From: Azolla caroliniana
Taxonomy: Eukaryota > Plantae > Polypodiophyta
Assembly (NCBI GenBank): GCA_043228905.1
Contig: JBHGNT010000001.1
Coordinates: 19,034,001 to 19,098,000, forward strand
Length of the DNA stretch: 64,000 nt
Reading direction: 5' to 3'
The notes beneath the pieces were generated by a model. It was not told the DNA's origin and did no database searches. It saw nothing but the letters and a program-made list of their open reading frames with translations. Within the stretch, counting starts at the first letter, position 1; the number at the start of each line of letters is the position of its first letter. The position numbers and the translations under genes are program-made. Positions 58,536 through 64,000 of this stretch are shown here, piece by piece.

Positions 58536-60617
58536 AGAATTAGAATTTTTATCGTCCATAAAGAGGCCAATTTTGACCTATGGGACCAAAGTATACATGT
58601 GTTCTTGATATATGTCTCCTTCTTAACAAGGGGTATTCATATGTTGAAGCACAAACTCTCTATGTGTTAGTAAAGCATATACATATGAGCTCAACCTTCT
58701 AGGTGGTGTCTTAAGTATGGCACTTAGGTTATCACTCCCTCTTACTTAGTATGTCAGCATATCTTGAACGAATTGCACTATATGTCGAGCATGTGAAGAG
58801 CAAGTGACATTCATCCTCTACCATGCCTTCATTGCATACTTTATATGTCTTCAAATTCGTTACATTTTGATACCATGATGTAACTTCAATACCTAACTTG
58901 TGAGATTGAGTGCGAAGTAGTGTAAGGGCTCTACGAGCATTACTGTGGGTGATAGTGGACATCCTTGCTTGACCCCCATGTTACTTAAGAAGTGCTTTGA
59001 GAATCCACTATCCGTTTTTAGTTGGCATTTAACTTGTTCATATAGGCATGCAACTGCAACGAGGTACGCTAATGGCATGTCAATGTCTACCATTCTATTC
59101 CAAAGCTCACTTCGTGGTACGGTATCAAAAGCTTTCTTGAAATCAACAAAACAACAATAAAGTGTTTTTCCTTGTAGTCGACTCTCTTCCATGATTACTC
59201 TTAATGTGACCAAATGATCCACGGTGGAGTGTTTTGGTCTAAATCCGGCTTGCCCAAGTGCTCTTTTGCTTGTACTCTCAGCCCATGTGCTTATCTTTTG
59301 CTCCATAATAGTGCTATATAATTTAGCAATAATTGAGCTCACCATTATTGTACGATAATTTGATACTTGATTCCTATCTCCAGCTTTAAATATTGGTTTA
59401 ATCCAATTCATAAGCCAATCATTTGGAAATCTTTGTTTTATACCTTGCTCTAAAATTGTCATTATCCATTGACGAGTGTGTGGCATTATCCATTTTGAAA
59501 GCTCACTTGAGACGTTGGTTGAATTTGTTGCTTTCCCACTTACCATCTTCTTTATTCCCTTATTGACATCATCAATATCGATACATGTAGTGCATGAAGT
59601 TTCAAATTTCTCAACCATAGGAGCCACATCTTCATGCATATATAACCTTTGTACATAGTCTAGCATCTCTTCATTTGTAAAGTGACCTTTCTCATCTTCT
59701 TTCTTACCCTTGAGTTGTCCCCATGCTAATTTTTGTTTGAGCTTTAACAAGTTTTTCTTTTTCATCTCTTGCATTTGGAAATATCTTCTTTTCTTTCTCC
59801 TCACTACTTTCTTGTATACGTGCCATGCAACAATCTTCTATGGACTTAAACCATTTGAGATACATCTTACATTCATCGTCGAACCAAGAATTACATGGAA
59901 AACTACACACCTTATGCCCACCCACATGTCTCTTAAAGCATTGATATCCAACCTTAAGGATTATATCCTTCAAATGTTGCCAATTTTCTTTAACATTGTT
60001 GCTTAGAGAAAAAAATAACAAATGGTCCTCCACTTCCTTTGCATACATCTTAGCTTTTTTGTAGCAAGGTCGGATGATATATCTCTTTTCATCTTTCACT
60101 CCACAACATCTAGTGGATTGTGGAATTGCAAGCTCTAAGTACAATGGCTTGTGGTCTAAGTCCGGAGATAGAGAACCAACTTTAAACACACTCACCAACG
60201 ATAGATCACATGACAACATTAATGCATAATCAACCACACTTCCTCCACCCGAGGATGGTAAACATGTGAGCACATTTGTCAATGGGAATGCCTTTATATC
60301 ATTTAGGATAATCAAGTTTGTGCAATTTAGCATATGTATCAAAAGTTTTCCATAATCTGACATGACACAATCCTTTGAGTCACGCACTAGACAATGTTCT
60401 ACTACATTTTCTTCAAATGTCTCCACATTTTGGAAATTTCCAACTCTTGCATTGAAGTCTCCCATAATTAAAACTTTACCAAGCTTCTCAAATGAAAGTA
60501 TATCATGGCATAATTCTGTAAAAGGATCATCACAATCTAACCCAAACCTACTATAGTAGTTTGAGTCTTTGTGAGGAATGTAACATGCAACTATATACAA
60601 CTTCTCTTTCCCCAAAT

Positions 60618-60654
<37 letters not shown>

Positions 60655-60860
60655 CTCTAATTCAAAAATAATACGCTCTGTGCTCCGTGAGAACTTTTAT
60701 ACAAGCCCCGACCGCGGGCTGACACAAGTACTGTTAGTACTTGAATGCTCATAAAGAGCCTACGACACTAACTCCCTAAATTATTCCTAATACTAAGACT
60801 AGAAATATCGGCTTTAATGGCCTATCATCTTTATCCTAGCTGGTACTGGTGCATCTTGTA
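58393..60860 (-). repeat. A/F-family copia LTR interrupted by a LINE in its (CT)n tract
   Basis: Flanks 58393-58532 and 60622-~60860 match the reverse complement of LTR A/F (GAGCATTCAAGTAC..CTTGTATAAA..(CT)n..CTTTATACA). Right edge approximate. Confidence 0.6.
58533..60621 (-). mobile_element. Non-LTR retrotransposon (RTE-X-like LINE), 5'-truncated with an internal deletion
   Basis: APE endonuclease (MGDFNARVG, VVDY, DHKP), RT (QAGFR, FVDFKKAFDTV, GVKQGCPLSP) and C-terminal CNEGMVEDECHLLFTC. (TAATTC)n 3' tail. The YADD region is deleted near 58945. Confidence 0.85.
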
Positions 60861-61026
60861 TGACCAAGATGCATAATTGCTCTTGTCGAGCTTTTCCGTC
60901 AGAAGGGAGCTGCCCATTCCTCTATCCATGTTCTTGTCTGTTCTTTTCCGGAAGACGAAGGCTTATCTCTATGCTGGTTCGCTTTGTCGATTGTAGAGGA
61001 TCTTTAACTCTCTCACTTTGATAACG

Positions 61027-61494
61027 TGTAAAAGAATAACTCGCTTTGTACATGGAACACAACTGGCTCAATCAGACACTAGAAGACAGTTAGGTAAAAA
61101 CACAAAAGATGGCGAATACATAGTATGAAAAAGAGACAAAGTTAGTAAAGCACTAAACTGATTTCTATTCATGATAATAATACTCTATAGATCGAACATG
61201 CTTAGTGAGCACTTTTGTAGAAACCTCTAATATAGGCTGACTCAAGTACTGGAAAACTGTACTTGAATGCTCATAAATGAGCATCTGACACTGACTATAC
61301 CTAATGTTCCTATTACTAAGAATGGGAGTAAAGGCCTCCAATGGCTTGCTGGCTTTCTCAGCCAATCCAACTATTGACTTCTTCAACCGATCAAGTATCC
61401 GACCTCTAACCAATCCTCCTTGTGGATCTGACTATCGACTTCTTCAGCTGATCCTTCAACCGATCCAAGTTCATGTTGAGCTTGTCTCTCAATA
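61027..61494 (-). repeat. Solo LTR of family A
   Basis: Minus strand T(A)TTGAGAGACAAGCTCAACA..TATTCTTTTACA matches the termini of 5945-6362. Confidence 0.8.
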
Positions 61495-62785
61495 GATTAG
61501 AAGTGCACTTATGTAATTGTCAGAGCCGAATTGGTATCAGACAGTACACTACGCCAGCCGAAAATTGTTGAAAGTAGAGAGGAATTATTCAACGACGAAG
61601 AGAGACGTGTAGGAATGGTCTGTAGTGTAAACAAGTACCAACACTACGTGTTGGGCTGGAAATTTTCATTTTAGGTAGATAATTTAGTGTTACTATACTT
61701 AGTGTCGAAAGTGTCCCTCCCGGGATATTGGCCAGGTGAACGTAGCTCTTACAAGAGTTCCAATTCGACATATACCACCGGCTAGGAGTACAAGATACAA
61801 TAGCTAATTACTTGAGCCGACTTGAATTAGGTGAAGCTAGAGATGGCATGACGGATGACTTTCTAGATGGGCAATTGTTCAACATCATAGTAGCCGAACC
61901 GGCTGACATAAATGAGGTGCCTGAAAATACGTGGATGATGGACATGATTAACTTCCTGAGTACGGAATTACCATCCCCGAACATATCAAGGGATGAACGA
62001 AAGGAGCTGGTAGTACACAACTAGAATTTTTGTTTGATAAAGTATGCAATATACCACAAAGGAGCCGATAACATATGGTGATGCGGAGTCCGGAGCCACG
62101 AAAAGGCAACAGTGGTGTGTGAGGCACACTTCGGGGTAGCCAACGGCCATTATAGAATAGAAGTGATGGCTCATAAGATTTGGCAGAGTGGTCTATGGTG
62201 GCCAACCACTCAAAGAGAGCCCATGAAATATTCGGGGGAATGCGATTAATGCTAGAGGATGGGCTAGCCGATAGAAAAGGCCAGAATGCCACACAAACCG
62301 ATCCTGCCGCTGGCGCCTTTCCAAAAATGGGGATTAGATTTTGTCGGCCCATTAAAGCCAACAACAACAAGGACCAACAATACGTATATTATTGTCTCCA
62401 CAGACTATTGCACCAAGTGGGTAGAGGCCAAAGCACTAAGGTAAAACACGGTAGCATCGACAACAAAACTCTTGTACGAGCACATATGTTGTCGATTCGG
62501 CTGTCTTATAGAGTTAATCAATGGTCAAGGAGGTCAATTCATCAACAAGGTTATTTAGGGACTGGCACTGTATTATGCTGTAGTGTATTATGTTGTATTG
62601 CAAACAGATTACCCGAATAAACAAACAAGATGTTGTAGACGATCTTGAAGAAAATTGTGAATGAGAATAAACCAGACTAGGATCAGAAGTTGAACAACAC
62701 ATTATGGGCATATCAAATGAGCTACAAAACGAGCATACAATCAACATCATTCAGATTGGAGTTCGGATTAGAGGCAGTGATGCCA
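61495..62785 (+). pseudogene. Decayed Athila/Tat-like gypsy RH-INT fragment (same family as 1-5944)
   Basis: [46 protein letters not shown]. Confidence 0.85.
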
Positions 62786-64000
62786 ATCGAATTCCACCTT
62801 GGCCGGAGATGGTTTCCAACCGTATGGTCCACATAGGTGCCCGACGACCATGATCTCTGGTTGCCCGAAGGCCGATTTTTCCCCGGAGAAGGTGAGCCTC
62901 GCGCCCTCTAGTCTATGTAGCACCTTCTCGCAGTCATCGATGTGAGTCACCACGAAATTCCGACATCCGTCCGGTTCGATCGTCTCGTCCTTTTCCTCCA
63001 CCGGGCATCCCCTGATCGGGATGTCGTCTAAGAATGGCCTGGTGATGTCCGGGATACAATCCCTGAGCACTTTGTTCATCGCGTTCACCATGTGAGCCAC
63101 CGAGTTCGTCCCTCGTGGTAGGGTACACATCCGCACTAGGCCGAGAGGAGTCCGCATTGTCGTAATGTCTCTGCTCTCCACGGCTAGTTGGAACTGATCG
63201 TACCCCGAGTACAGATCACCAACAGAGTAAATCGACCTTCCGGCGAAGGCCTCTGCGAACTCGTCTATGGTTGGTCCGATTCCCGCGTTCCGAATGGTCA
63301 CCTTGTTGACCGGTTGTAGGTCCTGAATGAAGCGCAGTGTGCCGTTCTTCTTCGGCACCGTAAACCACCGATTCGAATACGGGGCACTCGACGGTTCGAG
63401 GATGCCCATCTCCACCTTTTGCTTCAGAAGCTCCATCAACGTCGGGACATGAGCTCTCGACACCGGAATCGGTTTGAGATTCCACGGTACATGCGGTACC
63501 GTGAAGATCACCATTGGTTCGACGATCGTCGGGTCCATGCACCCGATATCCTCCGACGAGAATGCGAAGGCTTTCCCATGCCTTCCAAGCATTCTCCGAA
63601 ACCTGTCCTCCTCGGCCGGCAGTAGAAAGCCACCCCCACCGACCTTGAGCCCCCGTAGCGTTATGTCGGTGAACCGGTGCCCTATGCCAGCCGGATTCCG
63701 TAAACTTGGGTCCGACGCGACCCCTTCTATCTGCTCCTCGCTGCCCTCCGGCAAGGGTGCCGCGACTGGCCTCACCTTCCGGTCCACAGACTTGTACTTT
63801 GTATCCACGCGGGACGTCCGATCCGACCCGATCCTTTCCCCGAAGTCCGCGATGACTTCGTACACTCCCATCGAACTAACCGGAACGGTCCGGTCTTCTC
63901 TAAGGTCTTCCCCGATCACCTTTCGTAACTTGCCCAAGGTGTCGTCGAAGGAGACCGCCTCCATGGCGCCGCTGATCTCTTCGTCGGGGGAGAGGACTCC
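62786..64000 (-). pseudogene. pol: RT region of a family C gypsy, continuing beyond the window
   Basis: 398-aa ORF highly similar to 9960-11170 (DLYSGYDQF, FLDDIPI). Confidence 0.92.

Noticed and set aside
61530-61541. TGGTATCAGA resembling a Met PBS near an LTR end
   Set aside because: It lies inside gypsy RNase H coding sequence (PNWYQ), homologous to positions 1-20, and is not adjacent to a correctly oriented LTR 3' end.

Overview
Eukaryotic nuclear DNA from a non-flowering land plant. A plastid chlL fragment excludes angiosperms, and an apparently unedited Ser codon in it fits a fern-like, editing-rich plastome. Most of the window is a deeply nested field of decayed LTR retrotransposons: several Ty1/copia elements with tRNA-iMet PBS, a tRNA-Trp-primed Ty3/gypsy lineage, Athila/Tat-like gypsy remnants, one very young short-LTR gypsy and several solo LTRs. 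There is also an RTE-X-like LINE inside a (GA)n tract, hAT/MITE-like ends and a probable large DNA-transposon remnant with TAGTACTA tandem arrays. The only convincing host gene has two exons (41895-42155, 44972-45163) and encodes a 150-aa plastid-targeted membrane protein. Most notable: (1) a gypsy-lineage LTR family ('B') carries a tRNA-like Pol III unit (A box, B box, T-run) in three copies; (2) the same LTR shares a CCGG-rich U3 module with an unrelated copia family, suggesting regulatory-module exchange between superfamilies; (3) a young gypsy has animal-like hallmarks (4-bp TSD, -1 frameshift, Ala-like PBS) and identical LTRs but a dead pol. Family letters are my own labels. All comparisons were made by eye.
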